This document shows, one piece after another, positions 20,858-31,821 of a DNA stretch of 64,000 nt; the first letter of the stretch is position 1, and the number at the start of each line of letters is the position of its first letter. The stretch covers positions 160,001-224,000 of the forward strand of contig CBDBHR010000025.1 of assembly GCA_965205865.1 (NCBI GenBank), written 5' to 3'. Origin of the DNA: a bacterium (lineage in GTDB: Bacteria; SAR324; NAC60-12). The translations under genes were made by a program, and so were the position numbers. The notes under the pieces were generated by a model, which ran no database searches, was not told the origin of the DNA, and saw nothing but the letters and a program-made list of their open reading frames with translations.

Positions 20858-22216
20858 ATGCAGCAAACTGTTCGGGAAGCTATTGATTTTGCTTTGACCC
20901 ATGGATTGATCAAGTTCAATCAGCGATTTGAACTGAACCACGCGCCTTTTTCGATGGTCCCCTACGAAATCTCGACAGAAGTGCTGGAACAAATGATCGT
21001 TCTGACACCCTTGTTCAATGAGTTAATGTTCAAAGTTTCCAGGGATGACGGATTTTTACGTGAATCGTTAACCCCAACTGCCCGAACCGATTCCTTTGTG
21101 CGGGAGTTGCTTGCCATCCAAACCCAAAATCGGGGGACGCAATCCACTCGACTGCTGATCAACCGCAATGACTTTTTGCTCAGTACGACGTCGGATGATT
21201 GCGGATTGCCAATACCGAAGCAGGTTGAATTCAATGCGATTGCTGCAAGCTATCCCTACTTAAGTAGTCAATTGAGTCGATTGCACTATTTTTTAAATGG
21301 AATCCAAGGTGGCAAAAATAACTTGGTGGACAACGATCCGATCAGCGGTATTGTGGCGATCATAGCCGAGGCTATCAGACACTATGACGCGCCTCGATGT
21401 TGCCTGTTGACGATTGCGCAGCCTCGAGAACAAAACATCTTCGACCAGCGAGGGAGCGAGCACATACTGTGGGAGGAATTTTTCATTCTCACCATGCGCA
21501 TGTCCCTGGAGGAAGTGGCCCAAGAAGGAATTCTGAGGGAAGGACATCTGGTGGTACGAGGTAGAATTGCCGCAGTTACTTATTTTCGGGCAGGATATAC
21601 TCCCAATGATTATCCTACTGCAGAAGCCTGGAATGGCAGACGATTGATTGAAGCATCATCTACCATTGCGGTCCCCAGCGTGGCTATGCAATTGGCAGGA
21701 TTAAAAAAAATCCAACAAATGCTTTCCGCACCAAAAATTTTGCGAAATTTTGTCGATGAGGACCGTGCCCGACAAATTGAACCGACATTTGTCGGACAGT
21801 ATTTACCGGATGAAATGATTAAACACGAAGGGCAATATCAAACTGCAAGTCAAGCTGCTTGTCGTTCTCCAGAAAAATTCGTACTCAAACCTCAGCGGGA
21901 AGGAGGGGGAAATAATTTTTACGGCCGGGAAATGGTTGAAAAACTCCGGTCTCTGGACCTGGAAGCTGCTCAGGCATACATTTTAATGGAACGGATATAT
22001 CCACTGCCGCATCAAACGCTTATATTGACTGAAGGTCGGGTCCAAGAAACAGATGGTGTCAGCGAAATTGGACGATTTGGCGTCTGTCTGGCCGAAGACG
22101 AAGAAATAATCGAAAACCGGGATGTAGGTTATCTGGTTCGCACCAAGGCTGCCCATCAAAATGAAGGTGGGGTTTCAGCAGGATATGCTTGTTTGGACAC
22201 GCTGCGTCTCAAGTGA
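20858..22216 (+). CDS. Glutathione synthetase, eukaryotic type (GSS/GSH2-like)
   Basis: KQVEFN, NIFDQ, YFRAGY, QLAGLKKIQQ, FVLKPQREGGGNN, YILMERI, GYLVRTK, EGGVSAG; 452 aa. Confidence 0.9.
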   Translation: MQQTVREAIDFALTHGLIKFNQRFELNHAPFSMVPYEISTEVLEQMIVLTPLFNELMFKVSRDDGFLRESLTPTARTDSFVRELLAIQTQNRGTQSTRLLINRNDFLLSTTSDDCGLPIPKQVEFNAIAASYPYLSSQLSRLHYFLNGIQGGKNNLVDNDPISGIVAIIAEAIRHYDAPRCCLLTIAQPREQNIFDQRGSEHILWEEFFILTMRMSLEEVAQEGILREGHLVVRGRIAAVTYFRAGYTPNDYPTAEAWNGRRLIEASSTIAVPSVAMQLAGLKKIQQMLSAPKILRNFVDEDRARQIEPTFVGQYLPDEMIKHEGQYQTASQAACRSPEKFVLKPQREGGGNNFYGREMVEKLRSLDLEAAQAYILMERIYPLPHQTLILTEGRVQETDGVSEIGRFGVCLAEDEEIIENRDVGYLVRTKAAHQNEGGVSAGYACLDTLRLK

Positions 22217-22273
22217 AATTTATCCATTCTTACTGGCAGAAAAAAATTTCTGAAGATTTATGTCGAACTCAGG

Positions 22274-22936
22274 TTAAAATATGTCAAAAAGCGACGTCAA
22301 TTTTTTCAAATTTTTCGATACCCAGTTCTGTTTTGCGACATTGAAGTCGTCCTCGAATTCATCCAACATCAAATCAGTCGATTCTATCACCATTGTTTTA
22401 TAAGCCGACTTTTCCATATCATCCGCGTCCAATTCCTTATGAACCCTTCCTCTCCACAACAAGCTCCCTGTGAATGCGTCCACCAGATAGAATTTGATTA
22501 GGAACTGCGCGCCCGCACTACATTCGGAGCAAGGAATCTCGTCCATCTGAATAATAAACAACTGCTCCACTTCTAATGTTTCGCCGAGATGAGAAGAAAT
22601 ATTTTTGTCAGAAATTCCCGATAAAGCAAATGTTGATTCGAGTTGGACCATCCGGAGTTGAAGCTGTGGGTATTGCCGAAGAAAAGACTGAGTCTGAGCA
22701 GCGAAATAAAACCTGGAAAATTCCGAAAAATCATTCAACCGTTGCTCCACCCTTTCCGTCACTGCTTCAAGTAACGGCGCTTCTACGGAGTTTGAGGATT
22801 TTGCCGCAATCAAAGCAACATTTTTGCGCAGATGTGGACTTGTATCCGGGACTACATAGCCCCTATAATCCGAACACGAGGAAAGTATGAGAAAAAATCC
22901 TATCAAGATATTCCAACCGATTTGTCCCGCTCTCAC
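22274..22936 (-). CDS. Putative lipoprotein
   Basis: Signal peptide with LSSC lipobox; LVDAFTGSLLWRG. Confidence 0.65.
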   Translation of the reverse strand: MRAGQIGWNILIGFFLILSSCSDYRGYVVPDTSPHLRKNVALIAAKSSNSVEAPLLEAVTERVEQRLNDFSEFSRFYFAAQTQSFLRQYPQLQLRMVQLESTFALSGISDKNISSHLGETLEVEQLFIIQMDEIPCSECSAGAQFLIKFYLVDAFTGSLLWRGRVHKELDADDMEKSAYKTMVIESTDLMLDEFEDDFNVAKQNWVSKNLKKLTSLFDIF

Positions 22937-23223
22937 GTTGTTTTCCCCCTCAAAGTATAAAACTCATTGTTTCGTTTTATGATTCCAGCGTTGCTCATTG
23001 CTGCAGTTTTGTATAACGTGATTCTATGGACGATCAGACAATACCCTTGTCGATACATTGACCGTCTTATTCACAGATTTGCTGCTTGGACGGTTGCATG
23101 AGCAATTTGTATCTAATGTATATTGTATTTTAGCGCCATGAAAGAAAAACAGGCTATCATGTTTTTCTGCGAACTTCTATCATGATGCGGCACCCTTTAA
23201 ACCCAAGAGTCGCAGGTTCCAAT

Positions 23224-23301
23224 GTCAACCCGGACTTGATCCGGGATCCAGTCTGCGTAAACTCTTGAAAATACTTTGGATTCCCGCTTTCGCGGAAATG
23301 A
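23224..23301. repeat. REP/RPE-like palindromic element
   Basis: GTCAACCCGGACTTGATCCGGGATCCAG...TGGATTCCCGCTTTCGCGGAAATGA; two internal hairpins with complementary ends. Confidence 0.7.
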
Positions 23302-23462
23302 ATCAAAGATTTCCTGACAGGCTTGATAATTTCAATGACTTACGGGAACTTACAACTGTCGAGCTTTATTGTACAAGAGGATATTATTCTGAACTGAAAA
23401 ATTAACAAATGCGATAAATGTTCATTTTTATCAAAAACAAGAAATGAAGGTGGACTCCTTTT

Positions 23463-23491
23463 TTGACAAAAAGGGGGGTGAACTTTATCAT
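23463..23491 (+). promoter_or_regulatory. sigma70-type promoter upstream of nadK
   Basis: TTGACA-N17-TATCAT. Confidence 0.65.
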
Positions 23492-23560
23492 TGTGTTTTT
23501 CTTATCCGGAATGAACGTTACGAAAGTAAAAAAATTTTCAGTCATGACAAGTTTGCATGA

Positions 23561-24367
23561 ATGACATCAACCATGTTTGAATTAAAAACCGTTGGTTTGT
23601 TTATTGATCACAGGCGCCACTTTGAAGTCAGTCAATTCTTGCAGGATTGGTTCGCGTCTCATCGGATTGCCACAACCCTGCTCAGTTGGGACATTCCACC
23701 CAGTAAGGAACTGGATCTCATCATCACTATAGGAGGCGATGGTACGGTGCTGTACGTTTTGGGGCAATTTCCCGTCTGCCCTGTGCTGGCATTCAATTTT
23801 GGCACCATAGGATTCCTGACGGCCGGCAATGAGGAGGAAATGCGAGCCATCTTGGAAAAGCTCCTCAATGAGCAGTGTTTTATCAGCGAGCGCTCCACTC
23901 TTGAATGTCTGTATGGCGGAGAGCACTTTTACGCGATCAACGAAATGGTGATTAAAGGAATCAATCGATTGCTTTCGGTGGATTGCTTTGTCAATAAAGC
24001 CCATGTACGCCATATCTGGGGGGATGGCGTCATTGTAGGTACGCCTACCGGGAGCACTGCTTATTTACTATCAGCAGGGTCTTCTATCGTCATGCCGGAG
24101 ACACGCTGCTTGATTCTGGCGGGTTTGAATGAACACAATTTTACATCCCGTCATTTGGTGCTCAATCATGATGCTCAAATCCGCCTTGTCATCACACCCC
24201 AAACCAAGGAACAGGAAATTTATCTTTCTGTTGATGGTAAAAACAAAATTTCCCTTGCTGTCCATGACGAACTTTTCATTTGCGAAGCAAAACAACGCGT
24301 CCAGTTGGTTTTTCCGGAAGAACATTATTTTTTCCGCAATCTTTCCTCACGTCTTTCCTGGGAATAA
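23561..24367 (+). CDS. nadK: NAD(+) kinase
   Basis: GGDGT, GTIGFL, INE, GDGVIVGTPTGSTAYLLSAG. Confidence 0.93.
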   Translation: MTSTMFELKTVGLFIDHRRHFEVSQFLQDWFASHRIATTLLSWDIPPSKELDLIITIGGDGTVLYVLGQFPVCPVLAFNFGTIGFLTAGNEEEMRAILEKLLNEQCFISERSTLECLYGGEHFYAINEMVIKGINRLLSVDCFVNKAHVRHIWGDGVIVGTPTGSTAYLLSAGSSIVMPETRCLILAGLNEHNFTSRHLVLNHDAQIRLVITPQTKEQEIYLSVDGKNKISLAVHDELFICEAKQRVQLVFPEEHYFFRNLSSRLSWE

Positions 24368-24380
24368 GGGAGTCCGCATC

Positions 24381-24980
24381 ATGTCAACCATTGGAATCGC
24401 AACCAAAATCGGCTGTTTACCAAGAAAATGGAGCGTCTTTTTCATACTGGCTCCACTTTTCATGCAAATCGGCTGCTATTCTCCACAACTGGATTATGAA
24501 TGGGGATTGTATACCCGCCAATTGAGAGGAACTATGCTGGATGAGAGGGGGAGCGAGTTATCCCAACAGGGATTCATAATTGCGCGCTCCTACTATTCCC
24601 AATTTTTCGAGACTGCTGAAGACCGTCCATTTTATTTTCCACGGGCAAGTTTGATATTTCCGGATTCCGAGGGAAGATTTACCATCCCTTTCGATTGGAA
24701 GGCTGTCCGCATGGATTTGACTTTTGTAGCCTCCGGTTACGTCATGAATAATTTGTCGTTTCAGCGGCAAATCGGCATCGGAGACCTGTTTTATGAAGTC
24801 TCCATGAAAAAAACGGCAGGATGGCAAGATCACTTATTTGTGACCGTTTCTCCCTTCCTGCAACAATTCATTCTGGAGCAAAATTTTCAAATGGCCCAAG
24901 CCCATCAATTGTTCCTGGGCGATTGGTTGAGTCAACAAAAAGAAAAAAACAAGCCTGTTTTGCATCATCCGGAAAGTTGA
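24381..24980 (+). CDS. Hypothetical protein, probable lipoprotein
   Basis: ATG 24381 after GGGAG; hydrophobic stretch ending QIGC. Confidence 0.6.
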   Translation: MSTIGIATKIGCLPRKWSVFFILAPLFMQIGCYSPQLDYEWGLYTRQLRGTMLDERGSELSQQGFIIARSYYSQFFETAEDRPFYFPRASLIFPDSEGRFTIPFDWKAVRMDLTFVASGYVMNNLSFQRQIGIGDLFYEVSMKKTAGWQDHLFVTVSPFLQQFILEQNFQMAQAHQLFLGDWLSQQKEKNKPVLHHPES

Positions 24981-25050
24981 AGATGCTGTAATAGGAACGG
25001 AAGTTGAGCGGCCATATCCGGAATTGTCTCTTTTTAGGTGAAAATAAGGA

Positions 25051-25908
25051 ATGTCGACAACAATGGGAATCCTGGGTTTGGGATATTTAGGCAAGCAACT
25101 TTGCAAACAGTCTTTGCCTTGCATATCCTGGGGATCTTACCATCGAAATCCTTCCTTGACGCTTGCCAATGCTCCCCCTCTCCGCCTGAAATTTCAATGG
25201 GAAAATCCTCAAACTTGGGGACATTTGCCTGAGAAAGCGGTCACTTTGATTTTAACAATCCCTCCTGTTTTAAAAGATCCTCTGGCAGAAACAGAAAGGC
25301 TCATTCATTGGGGAGAATGGATGAGGCGGAAGCGCCCACAATTAAAACAGATGATTTATATTTCTTCGACCAGCGTTTACCCGGATCAAAATCGGATTTG
25401 GAAGGAATCGGATGTTCTTGAACCCGATTCCCTTGCTGGGAAATTAAGATTGGCAACGGAAAAAATATTGGCCCGGTTTTTCGATTTATTCGTGATTCGG
25501 CCGGGAGGAATCTATGGTCCCGGACGCAATATCATTCAGCGTGTAATGGACGGAAAATCCATCTCCCGGAGCTATCGCCCCGTCCATCGGATTCACGTCA
25601 ACGATCTGGCTTGTATTGTGGAATTGCTTGTACAAACGCCGGGAGCGCCACGATGCCTTAATGCTGTGGATCAAACGCCCTCGCCTTCATTTGAAATCCT
25701 TGAGTGGTTCCTACAAAAAAAATGGATGATGCTTCCTGTTGGAATTGCGGGAGATTTTCAAGAAAATAAAGCCGAAGCCCAAAGGGACCCTATAAAGCGA
25801 CAACGCTTGATTGCCAACCACAAACTGTTGCATGAAATGAACTATTCTTACAAATTCCCGTCTTTTCGTGAAGGATTGGAAAACATTTTCGGATATTCCG
25901 CGCACTGA
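25051..25908 (+). CDS. Atypical SDR / NAD-dependent epimerase family protein
   Basis: GLGYLG, YISSTSVY, RPGGIYGPGR, RIHVNDL. Confidence 0.85.
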   Translation: MSTTMGILGLGYLGKQLCKQSLPCISWGSYHRNPSLTLANAPPLRLKFQWENPQTWGHLPEKAVTLILTIPPVLKDPLAETERLIHWGEWMRRKRPQLKQMIYISSTSVYPDQNRIWKESDVLEPDSLAGKLRLATEKILARFFDLFVIRPGGIYGPGRNIIQRVMDGKSISRSYRPVHRIHVNDLACIVELLVQTPGAPRCLNAVDQTPSPSFEILEWFLQKKWMMLPVGIAGDFQENKAEAQRDPIKRQRLIANHKLLHEMNYSYKFPSFREGLENIFGYSAH

Positions 25909-25962
25909 TCGATTGCTTCTCTTTTAGAAATGGTATTTGATAGAACGTCGAAAACGAATGGT

Positions 25963-26685
25963 ATGAGAACGCTGATTGCCAAAGGACTGAAAAAAAGTTT
26001 TAAAAGCCGCCATGTGGTGAAAGGGATTTCCTTCGAAGTCAAACAAGGAGACGTAGTGGGCTTATTGGGTCCTAATGGGGCAGGAAAGACGACTTCGTTT
26101 TATATGATCACTGGTGTAATCCAACCGGACGCAGGGCAGATCATTTTAGACTATCAGGACATCACTCGCATGTCGATGGACCGTCGAGCTCGGGTTGGAA
26201 TTGGGTATCTTCCGCAAGAACGTTCAATTTTCCGCAAGTTGACGGTGGAGCAGAATTTATTGGCGGTGATGGAACTGGTGAAAATGGGAAAAGCCGAGAA
26301 GCAGGCTCGTTTGGAAGAGTTATTGAAAGAACTGGGGATTGCGCATATCCGGCAATTAAAAGGCTATGCGCTCTCGGGAGGAGAGAGTCGTCGGGCGGAA
26401 ATCGCCAGATCTCTGGTGATCAATCCGTCTTTCATTTTACTGGATGAGCCATTTGCCGGAGTCGACCCCATTGCGGTGCTGGACATCCAAAAAATCATCC
26501 GGCATTTGAAAGACAAAAACATTGGAGTGTTGATCACGGATCATAATGTTCGTGAAACATTTGGCATTATCGATCACGGTTATATCATGAATGAAGGGAA
26601 ACTTCTGGCACACGGAACTCCTCGAGAATTGATGCAGAATGAACAGGCGCGCAAGGTCTACCTGGGTGAATTGTTCTCCATCTAG
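25963..26685 (+). CDS. lptB: LPS export ABC transporter ATPase
   Basis: GLLGPNGAGKTT, GYLPQE, LLDEPFAGVDP, ITDHNVRET; adjacent to rpoN. Confidence 0.95.
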   Translation: MRTLIAKGLKKSFKSRHVVKGISFEVKQGDVVGLLGPNGAGKTTSFYMITGVIQPDAGQIILDYQDITRMSMDRRARVGIGYLPQERSIFRKLTVEQNLLAVMELVKMGKAEKQARLEELLKELGIAHIRQLKGYALSGGESRRAEIARSLVINPSFILLDEPFAGVDPIAVLDIQKIIRHLKDKNIGVLITDHNVRETFGIIDHGYIMNEGKLLAHGTPRELMQNEQARKVYLGELFSI

Positions 26686-26774
26686 GAGTAGTGATTATTG
26701 ACTTTCATTATCAGATATTCCGTGCCAACATGAGAGAACAGACTAAAATGGAATTTATCTGAGGAAATGTACTT

Positions 26775-28427
26775 ATGGCCATGGAAATGAAGCTGCAATT
26801 GCGGCTTTCCCAACAGCTGATCATGACTCCTCAATTGCAGCAGGCCATTAAATTGCTGCAATTGTCCAGAACAGAACTGGAAGAACTGATTGACCAATCC
26901 TTGATTGAAAATCCGGTGTTGGAAGAAGGGATTGATATTGACAGCAATCCGCCACCGGAAGAGAAAATGTATGATTCGGATTCTCCGGAAATACCAGAAG
27001 AACCCGAATCTTTCGAAAGCGCAAAAGAAATCCAAAAAGAATTCCAAGAGACAGACGTCGACTGGCAGCAATACGCTGAATTCGGAGGGACCGAAACACG
27101 CCGAAGTCATGGAGAAGACGATTATCCTTCCATTGAAACCACTCTGGCTCAAAGCCAGACCCTTGGGGAGCACTTGATATGGCAAATGGATATGCTCCAT
27201 CTCGATGCCATTGAGCGGGAATTAGGGGCTCATCTCATCGGAAATGTCAGTGAAGATGGCTATCTCAGTATCAGTATCCGTGAGTTGTTCGAAACCAACC
27301 CGCAGTTGCTCGAGGCAATCGAAACCTGGGTTGGCAAACACCCTCAAGATACCTCTCAATTCGATCCCCTCTGGTTGGACAATAAAGACCAAAAAGTCAT
27401 CAATTCCAAAATAAAGTCTAAAAAAAAACAATCTTTCGTTTTTGAGGAGAAATTTTCCCAAGAAAAAGACATGGATGTGCTCCAAATTACTCCCGATGCC
27501 GCTTGTTTCAGTAGAAAAGTTCTAAATATCATTCAACAATTCGATCCTCCCGGAGTAGGCGCTCGTTATTTGCAGGAATGCCTACTTTTGCAGCTGGAAT
27601 TGCTGGGAATGAAGGAATCGTTGTGTTCTGAGATAGTGCAGCGAGACATGGTGTTGTTGGAAAATAAGGACTTGAAAAAAATTGCGCGCCGTCATAAAGA
27701 AGAGCTGGAGAACGTCATTGAAGCTCACAAATTGATTATGTCTCTTGAGCCCAAGCCCGGTCGCGGGTTCGGGCAAATTTCCTCTCACGAATATATTATC
27801 CCGGACGCCTATATTTATCATTCCAGCAATGGTGAATTTAAGGTGACTCTCAATGGTAGTGGAGTTCCTCGCTTGCGCATCAACCGGTATTATAAAAATC
27901 TGGTAGAGCAAATGGAAGAGGATGGAAATTTGACCAAAGAATACATCCAAGAGAAAATAAAAGCCGGCCAGTGGCTGATGAAAAGCATTGAACAACGGCA
28001 AAAAACTATTTACCGGGTGACCCAAAGTATTTTAAAATTTCAACAGGAGTTTCTCGAAAAGGGGATCCATTATCTGAAACCGCTGGTTTTGAAAGATGTT
28101 GCCGAGGATATCAACGTGCATGAGTCGACCGTCAGTCGGGTGACGACCAATAAGTACGTACACACGCCTCAGGGTATTTTTGAACTGAAATATTTTTTTA
28201 CAAGCGGTATTGAACAAGGGAGTGGAGAAAGAGTTTCTTCAAAAAGAATCAAGGACGTGATTGTACAGATGATCCAGCATGAAGATGTCCATTTTCCATT
28301 TACTGATATGCAAATTACAATTAATTTATATGACAAGTATAAAATCCAGGTCGCCCGGCGCACAGTCGCCAAATATCGTGAAGCACTTGGTATTTTGCCT
28401 TCTAACAAACGCAAGCAACTGTTCTAA
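26775..28427 (+). CDS. rpoN: RNA polymerase sigma-54 factor
   Basis: QQLIMTPQLQQAIKLLQL, HESTVSR, RpoN box ARRTVAKYRE. Confidence 0.97.
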   Translation: MAMEMKLQLRLSQQLIMTPQLQQAIKLLQLSRTELEELIDQSLIENPVLEEGIDIDSNPPPEEKMYDSDSPEIPEEPESFESAKEIQKEFQETDVDWQQYAEFGGTETRRSHGEDDYPSIETTLAQSQTLGEHLIWQMDMLHLDAIERELGAHLIGNVSEDGYLSISIRELFETNPQLLEAIETWVGKHPQDTSQFDPLWLDNKDQKVINSKIKSKKKQSFVFEEKFSQEKDMDVLQITPDAACFSRKVLNIIQQFDPPGVGARYLQECLLLQLELLGMKESLCSEIVQRDMVLLENKDLKKIARRHKEELENVIEAHKLIMSLEPKPGRGFGQISSHEYIIPDAYIYHSSNGEFKVTLNGSGVPRLRINRYYKNLVEQMEEDGNLTKEYIQEKIKAGQWLMKSIEQRQKTIYRVTQSILKFQQEFLEKGIHYLKPLVLKDVAEDINVHESTVSRVTTNKYVHTPQGIFELKYFFTSGIEQGSGERVSSKRIKDVIVQMIQHEDVHFPFTDMQITINLYDKYKIQVARRTVAKYREALGILPSNKRKQLF

Positions 28428-28445
28428 TTATTGATTAGGAGACTT

Positions 28446-29144
28446 ATGGGAATCTTATCTCGATTTATCAACGTGGTTCGTTCAAATCTCACCAGTGCCC
28501 TGGATAAAGCGGAAGATCCGGAGAAAATGCTCAATCAGATGGTCACGGACATGGAATCCCAAAAACGCCAGACTAAGTCCCAAGTCGCACACGTGTTGGC
28601 AGAACAAAAGAAGCTGGAGCGTGCCCTGACCAAAGAACAGCAAGAAGTTCAGAAATGGGAACAAAAAGCAATTCTGGCTGTTCAAAACGAAAAAGACGCC
28701 TTGGCTAAAGAGGCGCTATTGCGCAAAAAAGAGCACGCCACTCGAGCCGCTGAATTTGAAGAGCAATTGACAATTCATACCAAAAACACAGAGACTCTGC
28801 GTCAAAGTTATCAACAATTGGAAGATAAAATCGAGGAAATCAAGCGCAAGAAGGGTTTATTGATTGCCAAGCAAAAAACCGCGGAAGCGCAAAAAAATAT
28901 GGTCTCTACCATGGAGGGAATGGATGGCAAAGGTGCTATCGAGACTATCGAACGCATCGAGCAAAAAGTCGAAGACATGCAAGACCGCTCGGAAGCCTAT
29001 CTGGAATTGAGCCAGGAACAAGGTAATGACAGTCTGGAAAAACAATTCGCCACGTTGGAAGGTGGTACTTCCAATGTGGATATGGAATTGCTCGAGCTGA
29101 AAAAACGGGCTCTCCTCGAACACAAAGACGATTCCAGCAACTGA
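28446..29144 (+). CDS. pspA: PspA/IM30 family protein
   Basis: MGILSRF...LDKAEDPEKML, coiled coil; SD AGGAG. Confidence 0.92.
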   Translation: MGILSRFINVVRSNLTSALDKAEDPEKMLNQMVTDMESQKRQTKSQVAHVLAEQKKLERALTKEQQEVQKWEQKAILAVQNEKDALAKEALLRKKEHATRAAEFEEQLTIHTKNTETLRQSYQQLEDKIEEIKRKKGLLIAKQKTAEAQKNMVSTMEGMDGKGAIETIERIEQKVEDMQDRSEAYLELSQEQGNDSLEKQFATLEGGTSNVDMELLELKKRALLEHKDDSSN

Positions 29145-29573
29145 CTCGACCCTCACTTTCCAAAATTCTTCTCGAGGGAAAAGGGTGGGGATGCTTTTAA
29201 CGGTTATACCCGCCCTTGTTTAGCGAAACCGATTCCCGAATTTTACATTGTTCTTCCTGAAATGGGCTAAATCCCCAAGAGGGCAGGGTCAGTCTTTGCT
29301 GTGTCACTCGGCCATTTTTGGCAAACACTTGGATGATCAAAGGAGACCAGGAATCCGAACCGAAGTCTATTTGGCATTCGTGTTCTGAAAAAACACAGGC
29401 AATCCGCAGGGTTTGTTCTTCGTATCTACGTTCAAATAAAAAACAGTGCTCATCCTGGAAAACAAATGCAAAGGAAGCCACTTGTAATGCTGAAAGTATT
29501 GTATGTTTCTGAAAAAAGGAATATATATTTCTGCGGTACCGATCCCTCTTCTCCTTCTTTTTCTTATCAAAAT

Positions 29574-29650
29574 GGCAGGGTAGCTCAGCTGGTGAGAGCG
29601 CAGGATTCATAACCCTGAGGTCGGGAGTTCAATTCTCCCCCCTGCTACCA
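29574..29650 (+). tRNA. tRNA with CAT anticodon (probably elongator Met)
   Basis: GGCAGGG/CCCTGCT acceptor, GCTC/GAGC D-stem, TTCATAA loop, GGGAG-TTCAATT-CTCCC T arm, ACCA end. Confidence 0.92.
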
Positions 29651-29942
29651 ATAATATCAACAAATCAGCCATCAAACATCACTCTTCACCCTCGGAACGG
29701 CATAAGCAGTGGCACCTAAAATCTTCACCAGTTTTTTTCCAATTATGTTGCGTGTTTTTATTGAGAGGGCGGCTGACGTTTACCGGGATGCCATTTGAAT
29801 CCCGAGGTTTGAGCTGAAGTGATGTTGATAGACTCTTTGTGTTTGCGGTAAATTTCAATACGCAATCCACTGGCACACTCTCGCTCGAATTCACATTCAC
29901 CTCGGGCCTTTGAGCGGATAAACAGGATGCGCCAAAAGCATA

Positions 29943-31550
29943 TCAAGTACGAAAAAAGTCGTTCCCTTTGTCATCACAAATGATGAAGGCAGGGAAATTT
30001 TCCACTTCAATTTTCCAAATTGCTTCCATGCCCAATTCTTCAAATTCTTGCATTGTCACTTTTTTAATGCAATCCCTTCCCAATCGAGCAGCGGGTCCTC
30101 CTATTGAACCCAAATAAAAACCACCATATTTTCTACAGCTTTTGGATACCAAAGGGCTGCGATTCCCTTTGCCCAGCATCACTAAGGAGCCTCCTTCCTT
30201 TTGAAAAATTGGCACATAGGGATCCATGCGTTGTGAAGTGGTAGGGCCAAAGCTCCCTGAAGGATAGCCTTTCGGCGTCTTTGCAGGTCCTGCATAATAA
30301 ACGGGAAAGTCTTTAAAAAAATCTGGTATTCCATCTCCACGGTCCAGTCCTTCCTTTAGTTTGGCATGGGCGATATCCCTGGCAACAATCATTGGTCCAT
30401 TGAGCATGATTCTGGTGGCCACTTTCAATGCGCTGAGGGTCTTGCGAATCTCTTCCATCGGTTGATTCAAATCGATGACAATGGCTTCCTCCTTTTCCGG
30501 ATCGCTAAGATTTACCGGTAAAAATCGAGCGGGATCGATTTCCAATTGCTCCAGGAATATACCTTCTTTGGTGATTTTTCCTTTGATTTGACGGTCTGCC
30601 GCGCAGCTCACGCCAATGCCAACAGGACAAGAAGCCCCATGTCGGGGCATACGGATTACCCGCACATCATGCACGAAATATTTTCCACCAAATTGAGCCC
30701 CGATTCCTCCTTGCCGGGCCCATTGTTCTACTGTTGTTTCAAATTCCTTATCCCGGAATGCACGGCCATGAACATTGCCTGTACCTGGCAGGTTATCGTA
30801 ATAACCACAGGAGGCCAGTTTGACTGTCTTTAAATTGGTTTCCGCAGAAGGCCCGCCTATCACGAGGGCCAGATGGTAGGGAGGACAAGCCGCAGTTCCT
30901 AAGCTGTTCATGGATTCTTTGACAAAGCGTTCCATGGATTCGGGATTCAACAAGGATTTTGTTTTTTGGTACAGAAAAGACTTGTTGGCGCTACCACCTC
31001 CCTTGGCGATGAACAAAAATTCGTAGCTGTTGCCTTTCTTGCTCAGCAGATCAATCTGGGCAGGCAAATTGTTCCCCGTATTTTTTTCTTCATACATGGA
31101 AAGTGGCGCCAACTGGGAAAAACGAAGATTACGGTGCTGGAAAGTCTCATAAATCCCCCTGGACAAAGCTTCTTCATCATCGCCTTCCACTTGGACCATT
31201 TCTCCTTTTCTTGCCATTACGATGGCTGTTCCGGTATCTTGACAAGATGGGAAAACTCGTTCTGCCGCAATCACCGCATTTTTTAATAGCTCCATGGCAA
31301 CAAACTTGTCATTGGAAGATGCTTGTGGATCTTTCAGGATGTACGCCAGCTTTTCCAAATGGGAACTGCGCAGCAGGTGGGAGACGTCATCCAAGGCTTC
31401 TTTTGCCAGAAGTTCCAACCCTTTGCCGTCTACCATCAACACCTCTTGGTTTCCAAATTGCCGCACGGAGACGTAGTTTTTTGAGATTTTTTTATACTCC
31501 GTGGTATCTTCCATCTTTTCAAACATCGGTTGATAATAAAATTCAGTCAT
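29943..31550 (-). CDS. Class I Fe-S fumarate hydratase
   Basis: [40 protein letters not shown]. Confidence 0.95.
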   Translation of the reverse strand: MTEFYYQPMFEKMEDTTEYKKISKNYVSVRQFGNQEVLMVDGKGLELLAKEALDDVSHLLRSSHLEKLAYILKDPQASSNDKFVAMELLKNAVIAAERVFPSCQDTGTAIVMARKGEMVQVEGDDEEALSRGIYETFQHRNLRFSQLAPLSMYEEKNTGNNLPAQIDLLSKKGNSYEFLFIAKGGGSANKSFLYQKTKSLLNPESMERFVKESMNSLGTAACPPYHLALVIGGPSAETNLKTVKLASCGYYDNLPGTGNVHGRAFRDKEFETTVEQWARQGGIGAQFGGKYFVHDVRVIRMPRHGASCPVGIGVSCAADRQIKGKITKEGIFLEQLEIDPARFLPVNLSDPEKEEAIVIDLNQPMEEIRKTLSALKVATRIMLNGPMIVARDIAHAKLKEGLDRGDGIPDFFKDFPVYYAGPAKTPKGYPSGSFGPTTSQRMDPYVPIFQKEGGSLVMLGKGNRSPLVSKSCRKYGGFYLGSIGGPAARLGRDCIKKVTMQEFEELGMEAIWKIEVENFPAFIICDDKGNDFFRT

Positions 31551-31821
31551 GGCTTCGCTTTCTTTTCTAACGTTCAATCGACATTGGAGCTTTGCTGACG
31601 TCGACAATGCTTTCAATTTACCCGATCTTGCCGGAAGTTGACAGATTAAAGATCAGAGGCTGTTGTTAAATTAAAAATCAGCCCGCCCTTTCCAGGATTC
31701 GACAGTAGGTAAATCAGCAACTGTGGCAACATGGGAAAACCGGGGCGCCTGGAAATTTCATGGAGTTTTATTCATTGATAAAAAGATGTATTGGTGTTAC
31801 TTTTTCAATGTTGAAAAATGA

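Noticed and set aside
26710-26730. sigma54 site near the rpoN start (TGGCACG on the minus strand)
   Set aside because: The -12 GC is absent at the required spacing.
29197-29610. 137-aa minus-strand ORF
   Set aside because: Starts inside the tRNA on the opposite strand and has no recognisable motifs.
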